Shown here in pieces: positions 38,127 through 50,272 of a DNA stretch of 64,000 nucleotides. The stretch's first letter is position 1; every line of letters begins with the position of its first letter. This stretch comes from Scyliorhinus canicula. Lineage: Eukaryota. A model generated the notes under the pieces. The model worked only from the letters and a program-made list of their open reading frames with translations, was not told where the DNA came from and did not search any database. Made by a program: the position numbers and the translations under genes. Location of the stretch: contig NC_052171.1 of the NCBI RefSeq assembly GCF_902713615.1, positions 3,782,001-3,846,000 of the forward strand. Reading direction: 5' to 3'.

Positions 38127-38721
38127 GCCTCTATGTCAGGAAGTTGATTCGGGTCACCCCAGCAAGCAAAACCCAAGGCTGACACTCCCGTGCAGCACTG
38201 AGGGAATGCTGAATTCTTGGAGATGCTGTCCTTTCGATGTGGGATTGACCCCGGCATCATTCTACGGGCTGGGGAAACCAAAGTGAAGTCTTTCCTGTTT
38301 GGCCGGTGCTGTTTTCTGCACCGATTGTTCATAACAGGGCAACGCTGGCGCCCCATGAAGTTGTCACAAGCTGCACTCGGTGTCCCCCAAAATGCCAGAA
38401 CAGAGATCAGAAACTTAGGTCTGCCGACAATCCTACATCTCGCCCAAGGCTGGTAAACCGCACTGGTAACCACCAACCTGCTGTGCACTGGCCCGTGTCC
38501 CAACCGAGAAGAACCTCGCCAGTTCCACATTCTCCCCTCTGCTGGGTGACCTGTGCTCTCCAGTTTCCTCTTGTTCTTGCACAGGAACCCTCCCGTTCCT
38601 GGGGCAGGGATGGAAGATTGGAAGTTTGAGGCACCCCTCCCATCGCCGGGGCACTTTGTGCTGTGGGGAATGCGATTTCCGATCTGAAGCAAGCGTGGGT
38701 GGCAGGAGGTTTTTGGTTAAC

Positions 38722-38739
38722 GCTGCCATCTACTGGTCA
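38722..38739 (-). promoter_or_regulatory. Candidate CTCF binding site
   Basis: Reverse complement TGACCAGTAGATGGCAGC matches the CTCF core consensus; lies in apparently unique sequence. Confidence 0.45.
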
Positions 38740-38915
38740 GAAGCTGCCTGGACTGCTGCACAAGGCAAGCAATTTTTCTTTCAACAACAACTAGTTGCAT
38801 TTACGTAGCACCTTTATTTAGCCTGATGAAATGTCTCAAGGTGCTTTTCATGAACATTATCAAACAAATTTTGACACTGAGCCCGAGTGAGACTTTTGGA
38901 CGGGTGACCAAAAAT

Positions 38916-39147
38916 TTTTTTTAAAAAATTTAGAGTACCCAATTATTTTTTTCCAATTAAGGGGCAATTTAGCGTGGTCAATCCACCTACATGGCACATC
39001 TTTTGGGTTGTGGGGGCGAAGCCCACGCAAACACGGGGAGAATGTGCAAACTCCACACGGACAGTGACCCAGAGCCCCGCGGGATTGAACCTGGGACCTC
39101 GGCGCCGTGAGGCAGCAATGCTAACCACTGTGCCACCCTGCTGCCCT
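38916..39147 (-). mobile_element. V-SINE, short A-tailed type
   Basis: 14-bp TSD GGGTGACCAAAAAT at 38902-38915 / 39149-39162. Confidence 0.92.
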
Positions 39148-39192
39148 AGGGTGACCAAAAATGAACTTCTTCCAAGAGGTAGGTTCATAAGA

Positions 39193-39415
39193 GGGCCGGT
39201 TTAGCTCAGTTGGCTGAACAGTTGGTTTGCGATGCACAGCAAGGCCAATAGCGTGGGTTCAGTTCCCGGACCGGCTGAGGTTATTCACAAAGACCCCGCC
39301 TTCTCAACCTCGCTCCTGGCCTAAGGAGTAATCCTCCGGTTAAATCGCAACCAGTCAGCTCTCCCCCTCAAAGGGGAAAGCATCCTATGGTCACCTGGGA
39401 CTATGGTGATTTACT
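39193..39415 (+). mobile_element. tRNA-derived SINE (head B, distinct tail)
   Basis: A-box TAGCTCAGTTGG, B-box GGTTCAGTTCCC, tail CTATGGTCACCTGGGACTATGGTGATTTAC. Confidence 0.75.
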
Positions 39416-39899
39416 GTCGGTCGATAACGAGTGTTTTAAAAGAACAAAGAGAGTTGGAGAGATATCAGTGGGTCCATTCCGGATCTTAGGAAAGCACGAA
39501 TGTCAAAGGGAGTGAATAAAATCGGGGTTGCAGAAGAGGGCAGTATGAAGAAGTGCAGAAATCTTGGTGGTTCATGGGGCTGGAAGAGGTCACAGAGATC
39601 AGGAGGTGTATTGGAAGTATTCAAAAAGGAGAATGAAGATTTTATAATGGCTGTTTCTCTGCATTCAGCTTGTCAAACCTCACTTTATGTAGCGAAAGTC
39701 GCCCCCTTATAAGGTGGCCTCGAACATCTTGAATGAATTGCCTGACAAAAGAACTCAGTGTTTCTCCCTTTCTCTGAAAGGTATGCAGCATCATGGTGAA
39801 ACACAGGACATAGATCTACCAAACACAGACACGACTACAGTATCAAACTCAGTAACATGGACAAACGGAAACTGCAAGGATGGCAGCACAACTTGACTC

Positions 39900-40345
39900 A
39901 GCTGTGTTCCCAGTCTCATCCTGCTTCTGCTCTCCCCGGGCTCCAACTCCCCCCCCTCCCCCATGTTTCCAGTCTACCTGTGCTCCCCCTCTTCCTGTGC
40001 TCTGGCTCACACCGTGCTCCCACTCTCTCCAGACTGCTGCACTGTCCTGGCTCTCGCACACCCTTATCTCCCACTCTCCCTGTGCTCCGAGAGTTCTCTG
40101 TGTGCTCCGGTTCTCTCCGTGCTCCCATTCTTTTTGTACTCTCGCCACCGTCCTGCTCTCCGAGTGCTTCCACTCTCTTTGTGCACCCACTTTCCCCGGG
40201 CTCTCGTTCCTCCTGCACTCCCTGTGCTCCCACTCTCCCTCGCGTTCTCTGTTTTCGTTGTTGCTCTCGCTCTGTTGCTCCCGCTCTCCTCATGCTCTCC
40301 CTGTGCTCCCACTTTTCTTGCACTCCGTCGCTCCTTGTTTCCACT
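39900..40345. repeat. Pyrimidine-rich degenerate minisatellite
   Basis: Recurring CTCCCTGTGCTCCCACTCT-like units; accounts for several spurious ORFs. Confidence 0.7.
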
Positions 40346-40348
40346 TCC

Positions 40349-40586
40349 TTTTTAAAAATTAATTTAGACTACATAATTCATTTTTTTCCAATTAAGGGGC
40401 AATTTCGCATGGTCAATCCACCTAACCGGCACATCTTTGTATTTTGCAGGGGGGGGGGGGGGGGGGGGGTGAAACCCACGCAAATACGGGGAGAATGTGC
40501 AAACTCCCCACAGACAGTGACCCAGAGCCGGGATCGAACCTGGGAACTCGGCGCCAATGGTAAGCACTGTGTCATCGTGCTGCCCC
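40349..40586 (-). mobile_element. V-SINE, short type with expanded G tract
   Basis: Family match. Confidence 0.85.
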
Positions 40587-40682
40587 CGTGCTTCCACTCT
40601 ACCTTGTCCCGCTCTCTCCCTACGCTCTCCCCGAGCTCCTTGCGCTCTCACATTCATCTCACTGATATCAATAAGTTAATAT

Positions 40683-40801
40683 GGGATCGTTGTTATTGTT
40701 GTGGGGTTTGACATATCTGTTGCTGATTATTGTTTATTGTTGGTGGGTGTAAATTCGGGAGAAAATGTGAAAAAGGAGGAGAATAAAAATATTTAAAAAA
40801 A
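40683..40801 (+). mobile_element. Very short L1-type 3'UTR retrocopy
   Basis: AATAAA plus poly(A); 10-bp TSD AAGTTAATAT at 40673-40682 / 40802-40811. Confidence 0.7.
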
Positions 40802-40990
40802 AAGTTAATATCTGTTTGCTTTAAAGCATGATTAAGACACTCTTTAAATGCAGCCATTTCATATTCTGAGCATTTATGAATGGGCGATTTCAGGACACTT
40901 AACTACTTGGAGAGGGGTCCTGCAACCATTCTGCTGGAAGCTGCAGAGGCAAAGATATCATGGAGCAACTGTGCCATCTAGTGACCAGAG

Positions 40991-41292
40991 ACTACAAGTG
41001 CAGGCTCCCAATACCTGCCACAATATGCTGCTCGTTGAATTGTGAATGTCATTCAGAAAAAGAGCAACTCAACTGCAAGTTCCCATCTAACTCTTGGAAA
41101 TATATTGCTGTCCTTGGGTCAAAATCCTAGAACGCTCCCTAACTACAAGTGCAGGCTCCCAATACCTGCCACAATATGCTGCTCGTTGAATTGTGAATGT
41201 CATTCAGAAAAAGAGCAACTCAACTGCAAGTTCCCATCCAACTCTTGGAAATATATTGCTGTCCTTGGGTCAAAATCCTAGAACGCTCCCTA
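40991..41292 (+). repeat. 151-bp tandem duplication within a Crack/L2-like 3' fragment
   Basis: 40991-41141 and 41142-41292 are identical except for one base. Confidence 0.92.
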
Positions 41293-41769
41293 ACAGCGTG
41301 GCATGTGTACCTATACCTCGGGGGCTGTAGTGAGTTCAAGAAGGCAGCTCACCACCACCTCCTCAAGTGGCAGCCAGGGATAGGCAATAAATGTTGGTTT
41401 AGTCCTGTGAATGAATTTTTAAGATGGCCTTTACACCCAGGGCTGCAAGCACAAAGAGGATATGCACAAGATTGTTCAGGACGCACAAACACTTCACTAT
41501 TTGAAGTGTGACTTCAAATTGAACTGTGGAAGCTAAACTCAGGGGCCTAGGTTCAAACAAGCAGTAAGCAGAGTCAGAATGAATGTCAGGAAAATCAATT
41601 TCAGACATACACACACTCACATTCACACTTACTCACACAATCATATGCACACAATCACACACTCACATTCGCACACACACAATTACGCACTCACAATCAC
41701 ACACACACAACAGTGGAAGCTGAAACTATTGAATCGTTTCAGAAACAACGGACGGGATTCTCCCTTGGC

Positions 41770-41930
41770 TGCATTAACCGATGCCTGTGTCTATGTATGG
41801 ACATTGTGTATTTTATGTTTGCCCGATGTATTTTATTGTCATGTACGGAATGATCTGTCTGAACTGCATGCAGAACAATACTTATCACTGTACTTCGGTA
41901 GGCGGGACAATAAACAAACCTAATCCAATC
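41770..41930 (+). mobile_element. LINE 3' end, Rex1/Babar-like
   Basis: ...TATCACTGTACTTCGGTAGGCGGGACAATAAACAAACC tail. Confidence 0.5.
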
Positions 41931-42559
41931 AAACATCGCCATAGTTTTCTGACAGTCATGCCCCTGGCCGGGGGGCTTCTGCGAGGGCCGGGAGGGGGGG
42001 GGGTGGGGGGTGGCGACCTGGAGGTGGGTGATGCGACCATCAATTCACACGAAACTAGGAGTAGAAGTAAACTGTGGCTTTAATCAACTAGAACAGTGCC
42101 GTCCTGCGACTTCTGTTAGTGGGAGCTGCCTGCTGGGCGGCTGTTCTTTATACCTCCCCTCAAGGGGTGGAGACAGGGACGGAGCCCACACAGGCCCCAA
42201 CATGCTACATTATAGGGAATACCATACAATGGTCCATAGGTGGAGCCCACATGGGCAACAGTGTAATACAGATAAGCACATGGTGAATTGTTACAGCAAT
42301 ACATTCACCCCCTGTTAAAAAAATGAAATCCGGCGGGGGTGATGGGTTCATCAGTTCAGCCTGTCCGGTGCATGGATTGTGCACTGATCGCCGAAGCTCT
42401 GGTATCACCGCTGGCCCGGGCAACGATCCCATCCGTGCTGGCATCGGTAGTGAAGTCGCCGGTGTGGATACAGACGTGGACTCTGGGAGCGTGTCTTCTG
42501 GAGCTTCATTCCTGTGGGTTGGTGAAGGGGGAATGGCGGGCGGGAGGGGGTGCTGGTGC

Positions 42560-45098
42560 CACGTAGGGGCGGGGGCACTGGTCAGCGTAAGTAGGGCGGG
42601 GTAAGATGGGGTGGCGGTGGTAGTGGAACCTGCGGATGCCAGATCCCGGAGGGAGACTGTATCCTGTCGGCCATCGGGGTGTTCGCTGTATGCGTACTGG
42701 GGGTTGGAGTGTAGGAGCTGGACCCTCCCGACCAGGGGGTCGGACTTATGGCTCCTGGCGTGCTTGCGGAGCAGGATGGGCCCCGGTGTCTTCAGCCAGG
42801 ACGGAAGCGAGGCCCCTGAAGTGGATTTCCTGGGGAAAACAAATCGGCGGTCATAAGGGGTCTCGTTTGTGGCCGTGCAAAGTAGGGACCTAATAGAGTG
42901 GAATACGTTGGGGAGGACCTCCTGCCAGTGGGAGACCGGGAGTTTCCGAGACCGTAGGGCCAAGAGGACGGTCTTACAGACCGTCACGTTTCCCCTGGGG
43001 TTATAACTGATAGTCCTACTCGATGCGATGCTTTTGCTGAGCAGGTACTGACGCAGTTCATCGCTCATGAACGACGAGTCCCGGTTACTGTGGACTTATG
43101 TGGGAAACCAAACAGGGTGAAGACACTATGTAGGGCTTTAATGCCAGTAACTGCGATCATGTCGGGGCAAGGGATTGCAAAGGGGAAGCGGGGGAACTCG
43201 TCGATGATGTTGAGGAAATATGTGTTGCGGTTGTTGAAGGGGAGGGGCCCTTTGAAATCGATACTGAGGCGCTCAAAGGGCCGGGATGCCTTGACCGTGG
43301 GCCTTATCTGGTCGATTGAAGTGCGGCTTATGTTCCGCATAGATTTTGCAGTCCCTGGTCACGGCTCTGACCTCCACTGTGGAGTAGGGCAGGTTGCGGG
43401 CCTTGATGTAGTGGAGAAGCCGGGTGACCCCCGGGTGGCAGAGGTCATCATGGATAGCACGTAGTCGGTCATCTTGCACGCTGGCGCATGTGCCGTGGGA
43501 CAGGGCATCTGGGGGTTCGTTGAGCTTCCCAGGACGATATACCATATTGTAATTATAAGTGGAGAGTTCGATCCTCCACCTCAAGATCTTATCATTCTTG
43601 ATCTTGCCCTGCAGATTATTATCGAACATGAAGACTACCGATTGTTGGTCGGTGACGAGGGTAAACCTCCTACCAGCGAGATAGTGCCTCCAGTGCCGCA
43701 CAGCTTCCACGATGGCTTGGGCCTCCTTTTCGACTGAGGAGTGTTGAATTTCGGAGGTGGTGAGGGTTCGTGAAAAAAACGCTACAGGCCTGCCTGCCTG
43801 ATTGAGGGTAGCGGCGAGGGCGACCTCTGATGCGTCGCTCTCCACCTGGAAGGGGATGGACTCGTCCACCACGCGCATTGCGGCTTTGGCGATATCCGCC
43901 TTGATGCAGCTGAAGGCCTGGCGGGCCTCATCCGCCAGTGGGAAGATGGTGGCCTTGATTAGTGGGCGGGCTTTGTTAGGGACCCACTGGGCGTAATATG
44001 AAAAGAACCCGAGGCACCTTTTCAGGGCCTTGGGGAAGTGGGGAAGGGGGAGTTGCAGGATGGGGTTCATACGGTCGGGGTCGTGTCCTAGAACCCCGGT
44101 TTCCACAATGTAGCCGAGGATAGTCTGGTTGTGTGGAAAATGCATTTCTCCTTGTTGTAAGTGAGGTTAAGCGTTCGGGCAGTTTGGAGAAGTCTCTGGA
44201 GGTTGGCATCGTGGTCCTGCTGATCATGGCCGCAGATGGTGACATTGTCCAAGTACGGGTATGTGGCTCGCAGCCCGTACTGGTCCACCATCCGGTCCAT
44301 CGTTCTTTGGAAGCCCATTCGTGACACAAATGGGGACCCGGAGGAAATGGAAGAAGCAGCCGTCTGCCTCATAGTCCCTGTAGTGGTGGTCCCCGGAGTG
44401 CATTGGGAGCTGGTGGTACGCAGACTTCAGATCCACTGTGGAGAACACCCGGTAGTGCGCGATCTGATTAACCATATCTGCGATCCGGGGAAGGGGATAC
44501 GCATCGAGGTGCGTGTACCGGTTTATGGTCTGGCTGTAATCTACAACCATCCGGTTCTTTTCCCCGGTCCTGACAATCACCACCTGGGCTCTCCAGGGGC
44601 TATTGCTGGCCTCGATGATTCCCTCCCGCAAGAGACGCTGGACCTCAGAACTGATAAAAGTTCTATTCTGGATGCAGTACCGCCTGCTTCTGGTGGCGAC
44701 TGGTTTACAGTCGGCGGTGAGATTTACGAAGAGCGGGAGAGGGTCGACCTTTAGGGTCGCAAGGCTAATATGGTGAGTGGGGATAGGGGCCCGCCGAACT
44801 TCAGGGTGAGGCTCCTGAGGTTACATTGGAAATCCAGGGCCAATAGAAGAGGAGCGCAGAGGTCGGGGAGTACATATAATTCAAAATTGGCGTACTCGGC
44901 GCCCTGTATTGCGAGGATTGCGGTAGTACGCCCTCGGACCTGTACCGGGTGCAACCCGGAGGCGAGGGAGATGGTTTGATGCGCCGGGAAGATTGGGAGC
45001 AAGCAGCATCTTACCGTGTCCGGATGAATGAAGCTCTCTGTGCTCCCGGAGTCGAAGAGGCAGGGCGTTTCGTGTCCGTTTACCCGGACGGTCACCAT
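42560..45098 (-). pseudogene. Gypsy pol: protease, RT, RNase H, integrase
   Basis: LFDSGSTESF (PR); SPWRAQVVIV..RMVVDYSQTIN..DLKSAYHQ..YLDN (RT); SDAS..EKEAQAIV..TD (RH); H..H..C zinc motif and SIDFKGPLP (INT). Confidence 0.92.
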
Positions 45099-45099
45099 A

Positions 45100-46201
45100 G
45101 AGCTCCGGAGGTGTTATGGTTGCGACTGGTCAAGGGTGACCATGCTGAGTTGCGGGTATCCGGCGTGGTCGAAGGTACTGGGACGGTCCCAAGATTGCTG
45201 CCCCTGTTGGTTGCACCTATCGGGCGGGGTTGCAGATGGCGGCCGAGATGGCGGCCCCCATCAATCGCACGTGGCGGGCTGTGTGGGCGAGAATGGCCAA
45301 GATGGCATCCCCCTGTGAGTCGCACATGTTGTGCGGGCTTGGAGATGGCTGCCCCCACAGACAACACGAGGCCGATGACGCGTCCGGGGAGGTGCGGAGC
45401 CGGCAGACACTGCCACACTGCGGGATCTGCGGGCCCGTGAGTCTGAGGGTCGGGCCGGCGATTTAGAGTTTTTGGATCAGGCCAGGCAAACTTTAGCAAA
45501 ATGTCCTTTTCTCCCGCAGTCACTGCAGTTTGCGTTACGGGCCGGGCAGTGCTGCCGGGGGTGTTGAGGCTGGCCGCAGAAATAACAGGGTAGCCCCTCC
45601 CATGGTGGGTGGGCAGCCGCACGGCACAGGCCTGGGGTATTCTTTGGCCGGGGGTCCACGAGGGGGTCGCGTGATCGGACGGGACCGCGTTAAGGCTCTG
45701 GAACACTACTACCAGAGAGGAGGCTAATTTGACCGTCTCTTCCAGGTCTAGGGCACCTTTTTCGAGTAGGCGCTGTCTCACGTAGTTGGACCTGACTCCA
45801 GCTACGTAGGCGTCCCGGATGGCAAGGTCCACATGTTGAGTGGCCATAACGGCCTGGTAATTGCAGCTTCGTGCAAGGACTTTGAGGTCGCGTAGGTACT
45901 CTTCCAGTGATTTCCCGGGACGCTGGCGGCGAGTGGTGAGGAGATGTCGCGCGTACCTCGTTCACGGGCCTTACTTAGAGGCGCTCTAGCATCGCGAGGT
46001 GGGGGCTTCCTCGAGTTGAACAGAGATTCGATGGCTCACCCGTGCGTGGAGGAGACTCAGCTTCTGTTTGTCGGAGACTGAAGGCGAGAAGGAGGCGGCA
46101 AGGTAGGCCTTGAAACAGCGGAGCCAGTGCGAAAAAATATCTTTCGCCTCCGTGGCCTGCGGAGCGAGTTCCAGTCGGTCAGGTTTGAGGGCAGATTCCA
46201 T
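45100..46201 (-). pseudogene. Gypsy gag with tandem CCHC zinc knuckles
   Basis: MESALKPDRLE..FSHWLRCF, IRDAYVAGVRSNYVRQRLLE, CYFCGQPQHPRQHC / CSDCGRKGHFAKVC. Confidence 0.88.
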
Positions 46202-46491
46202 TGTGGCGTTGCGACCATCAATTCACACGAAACCAGGAGTAGAAGTAAACTGTGGCTTTAATCAACTAGAACAGTGCCTGCCTTCGACTGATCTGTTAGT
46301 GGGAGCCGCCTACTGGGCTCTTTATACCTCCCCTCAAGGAGTAGAGCCAGGGCCGGAGCCCACAGAGGCCCCAACATGCTACATTATAGGGAATACCATA
46401 CAATGGTCCATAGGTGGAGCCCACATGGGCAATAGCGTAATACAGATAAGCACATGGTGAATTGTTACAGCAATACATTCACCACAGTGGG

Positions 46492-46885
46492 CTGTGAGGT
46501 TGGGGTGGACGGGCATGGAGCACCATTGCTGCGGCCTGCAAGGCAGCCATGCAGCTGCACGTGCAGCTGACTGCTCACTAGGAACTTAGGGCCGCAGGTC
46601 TTTGGGTGTCATCCCAGGCCACCCCCCCTCCCCCCCCACCCCCGGTGCCCTCTGGCCAGAGCTAACCATTATTGGCTGGGATGAGTGTGTGTGGGGAGTG
46701 TAATGTGTACATGTGGCTGCAGCTTGTCAGCCCCCTGAGTGTCCATCACTGACCCGGCCAATCCCGCACCATTTCTCAATGGAATCGATTGTGTTCCACA
46801 TGGCACCGGTGCTATCCCCTCCACAGTCGCTGAATAGATCTAGGTGCGGCGCCAGTCTTGCTGTGGTGGAAGTCCTGCCTCAGCG
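46492..46885. mobile_element. GC-rich TIR-element remnant (host of the Gypsy insertion; other half at about 41955-42028)
   Basis: GC-rich sequence continues across the GTGGG TSD and resembles the 7897-8434 family. Confidence 0.4.
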
Positions 46886-47526
46886 TCAATACTTACGTCT
46901 CAGGAATGTTGGATTGGTGCACATTCACTGATTGACAGGGCCTCTTCCGTCGAAAATACAAGTACATCAAGAATGAATGAAAGGGTTGGCTCATTTTTCC
47001 TTAGAGAAGGGAAGACGTGGGGTAACTTGATCAAGGCCTTCAACATCATCACCCTTTTAAAGATTGCACCTTGATTAGACTCCTTCCAGTCGAAGGGAAC
47101 AGCCCCAGGCCGCAGTAAGCTGGCTGAGAAACATCCAGTGGCTCACCTGGCTTACCTCTTGCTTTTTGTCTGAACTCTACTCGCCACAACAACACCCACA
47201 GCACTCCCTGGTTGAAGGTGCAAGGCATTGATCGACTAATGTGCTTGGAAGATAACTGTTTTTAGGCATCTTAACCCAAAGACCCTTTGATCCGGAGACA
47301 AAAATCACCAGAAGACTTGAAGCACTGTGTTGCCAGGATGCTGCGTTTATAAGTTGAGGCCTTGGATGAGTGAGCTGACCAATTGGGAGCAACATAACGT
47401 CCTGAAAAAGTCCCAGTGGTAAATCACATCGATGTTCCATCCCATCCAATTCCCCATCATCAGAAATTTTCTGCCATTTGGTGAGAGACAAGTGATTTGA
47501 AACTGAAATGTCTTTCAACTTAGCGT

Positions 47527-47843
47527 GGGGCAGCACGGTAGCACAATGGTTAGCACTGTTGCTTCACAGCTCCAGGGTCCCGGGTTCGATTCCCATTTGG
47601 CTCACTGTCTGTGTGGAGTCTGCACGTTGTCCCCGTGTCTGCGTGGGTTTCCTCCGGGTGCTCCGGTTTCCTCCCACAAGTCCCGAAAGACGTGTTGTTA
47701 GGTAACTTGGACATTCTGAATTCCCCCTCTGTGTACCTGAACAGGCGCTGGAGTGTGGCGACTAGGGGCTTTTCACAGTAATGTCATTGCAGTGTTAATG
47801 TCAACGTACTTGTGACAATAAAGATTATTATATTATTATTATT
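47527..47843 (+). mobile_element. V-SINE head and core with third tail type
   Basis: HE1-like head and V-domain followed by GTGGCGACTAGGGGCTTTTCACAGTAA..GTGACAATAAAG(ATT)n. Confidence 0.85.
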
Positions 47844-48369
47844 TTTAAGTCAGAGTGACACTAGAGATAGGGCAGCCTTTCCATCCTGTCTCCATCCCAG
47901 ATGCAGGCAAGTTACATGAGACCTGGGAGTTTGTCTTGACTCCAGCCACCACAATATGATTGGCACAACAATGGCTTTCTAAATAGGTGAAGTGACTGCC
48001 AGAACAGAGGAATCATGCCAAACCTTTCCAAACCCCCGGTGAGGCCTCAACTCTGGACACCACACTTTAGAAGGGATCTCACAGACTTGCCGAAGCTGAG
48101 CTTCTCTTCCTAATGTTACGTTCTTCTCTTTGACAGACGCACCAATCACATGACCTGGATTGGTGAAACAATATTGTGTGTTCTTTATTTGAAGATCAGA
48201 TGATATACAGATAGCATTTACTGAGAGGCTAAGGACAGTACGTCTAATCTCTCCTGCCGCTGCTTCAGGCTGAACACAAGTCAAGGGACTAATACATCAC
48301 AGCCTATCTAGATGGAAGTAGTGACTGAGTGCAGTTTAAGATCTGCATCCTTAAAAGTACATACACCAG

Positions 48370-48778
48370 GGGCGGAATGCTCCAAGCCTCCGTGCCGAAA
48401 TCGTGATCGGCACGGGGGCGGAGAATGGGCGTTGACGCCCATTCTCTGGTCCCCAGAGAATCGGGGTGAATCGCGGGCACGCGGTCTACGCGGTGGTGGT
48501 AGGGGGCCATTGACGGCGGCCCCATCACGATTCACCGACGACAACTGGCCGAGTTCCCGACGGCGTGGTTCTAACCACGGTTTGCCTGTTGGGAACGGTC
48601 GGCGGCGGCTGCTGACGTGACCACCCTGGTGGTGGGGGGGGGGGGGGGGGGGGGGGATCCTCAGGGACGGCCAGGCTAGCAATCGGGCGTCAGTTTCTTC
48701 CAAGAAAGTACAGAGTGAAACTCCCGCGTTTTGACACTGGAATGGGGGACAGGGCCCCATTATTGGAGAATCCCGCCC
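48370..48778. mobile_element. GC-rich TIR/hairpin element
   Basis: TIR GGGCGGAATGCTCCAA / TTGGAGAATCCCGCCC; internal hairpins CCGTGCCGA..TCGGCACGG and GAGAATGGGCGT..ACGCCCATTCTC. Confidence 0.75.
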
Positions 48779-48874
48779 CTCATAATGACGTTGTTCAAAA
48801 TTATGCGGGGTTTTGACAGAACAACTGGGGAGAGCCAATCTTTTCTGGCTAGTTTTAGGTCACCAGAGGTCACG

Positions 48875-49052
48875 GGCGGGACACTCCAGTCCGCCAGCCG
48901 CGTTTTCTAGCGCGGCGCATTCCGGCCAGCAGTGGGATTCTCCATTCCCGCAGCTAGCCAAGGGGGTTCCCGATTGTGGTGACCCCCATGCTATTGGGAA
49001 ACGCATGAGTGCTCTGCCGGCAGACAGGAAGGGGATCCCACCGAGAATTCGG
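48875..49052. mobile_element. Short TIR element (same type as 29952-30138)
   Basis: GGGCGGGACACTCC ... GAGAATTCGGC; shared internal TCCCGCCAGCC..TTTTC. Confidence 0.55.
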
Positions 49053-49989
49053 CTACACATAATTGAAAAATACGGGAAAAGAACTAAAGGTGAATAGAGG
49101 AGACATTTCTTTGTGAGGAGGGGCAGATGGCTTACATCTGTGCTGTAAGCTTCCATGATTGCACATGGCTGTGAATAGGCATTGAGGGACAGCTAGAGAG
49201 CAAGCAGCACATTCCCCTGATGTGGAGCTCCCACTCCATCCCTCATTTCAGCTATGGTGATATCCCCTGTACCAGTACCTGATGCTGAAATGGTTAAGTT
49301 CAGTATCTCGTGACAGGCTGTTTGAGCAGGACATCTTCAATGGTGCAATGGAACTTGGGGTTGACCCCTGCTGAGACTGAGAGAGGTTGATGGGACTAGA
49401 GGTCTGCAACGCGGAGAGAAAGTTAACGTAGGCCTATCAATAATTGGGTTTGGTGCTCAACATGGGCTGAGACGAGAGGGGTGAATGAGGGTTGAAATCG
49501 GCTGCATGGCTAACGGTATTAACTTAGTGTAAATGCAGACCTGCCAGTAATAGGAGAAACTGGAATGTCGTTTATTGCCAAGTTATGGCATCATTACGGA
49601 TGGTAAACTTGTACGTCCCTAATTCTACTCCTCTTTCCTGATCTGAAGGTTGCACTCAAGCCCCCTGCACATCGGGTACAATTTGGCCATAGATGTCACA
49701 CAAACTGATGGAGACGAAAGTCCAAATGAGGTGACAGGACATTCTGTCCCAACGACTGCATATGGTTTTGGAACGGGAAGTGAAATCCACATCCCGTTGA
49801 ACTTTACAAACCCTCCCAGCTCCAGCAGTTGGATTGTCTCAACGATTGTCAAGCAGCAGCAAACTCCCTCAGATGTCTTGTCTCAGTGACAATACTGACA
49901 GACTACACTGAGCATAGTGGGTTTTTTTTTAATTTAAAGAGAGCTGGAGAGAATTTAGAGAGAGTTCGAGCGAATTTTGTTTTGGCATA

Positions 49990-50157
49990 CCCAATACATT
50001 TTCACCAATAAAGGGCCAATACTGCACATCTTGGGTTTGTGGGGGCGAGACCCACGCAGGCACGGGGAGAATGTGCAAACTCCACACTGACAGGGGCTGG
50101 GATCAAACACGGGTCCTTGGTGTCGTGAGGCAGTAGTGCTAACCACTGCGCCACCCT
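49990..50157 (-). mobile_element. V-SINE, short type, degenerate
   Basis: Family match with deletions. Confidence 0.75.
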
Positions 50158-50272
50158 ACATTGAGCATAGTGTTGAGGTACCTTCTCCTTACTCCTCCCC
50201 GCCGTCCCATCAATCAAACATTGGAAACATACTCTGCTGGGATGCTTCCTTAATCCTACCCATTTCTTCAAG

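Larger units (their letters stand above)
42029..46486 (-). mobile_element. Full-length Gypsy LTR retrotransposon (frameshifted)
   Basis: LTRs about 42029-42310 and 46211-46486; perfect 5-bp TSD GTGGG at 42024-42028 / 46487-46491; gag-PR-RT-RH-INT order. Confidence 0.95.

Noticed and set aside
39857-40711. 284-aa ORF
   Set aside because: Produced by a stop-poor pyrimidine minisatellite plus a SINE.
49650-49889. 79-aa ORF after a pyrimidine tract
   Set aside because: No recognisable homology and no partner exon; cannot be supported.
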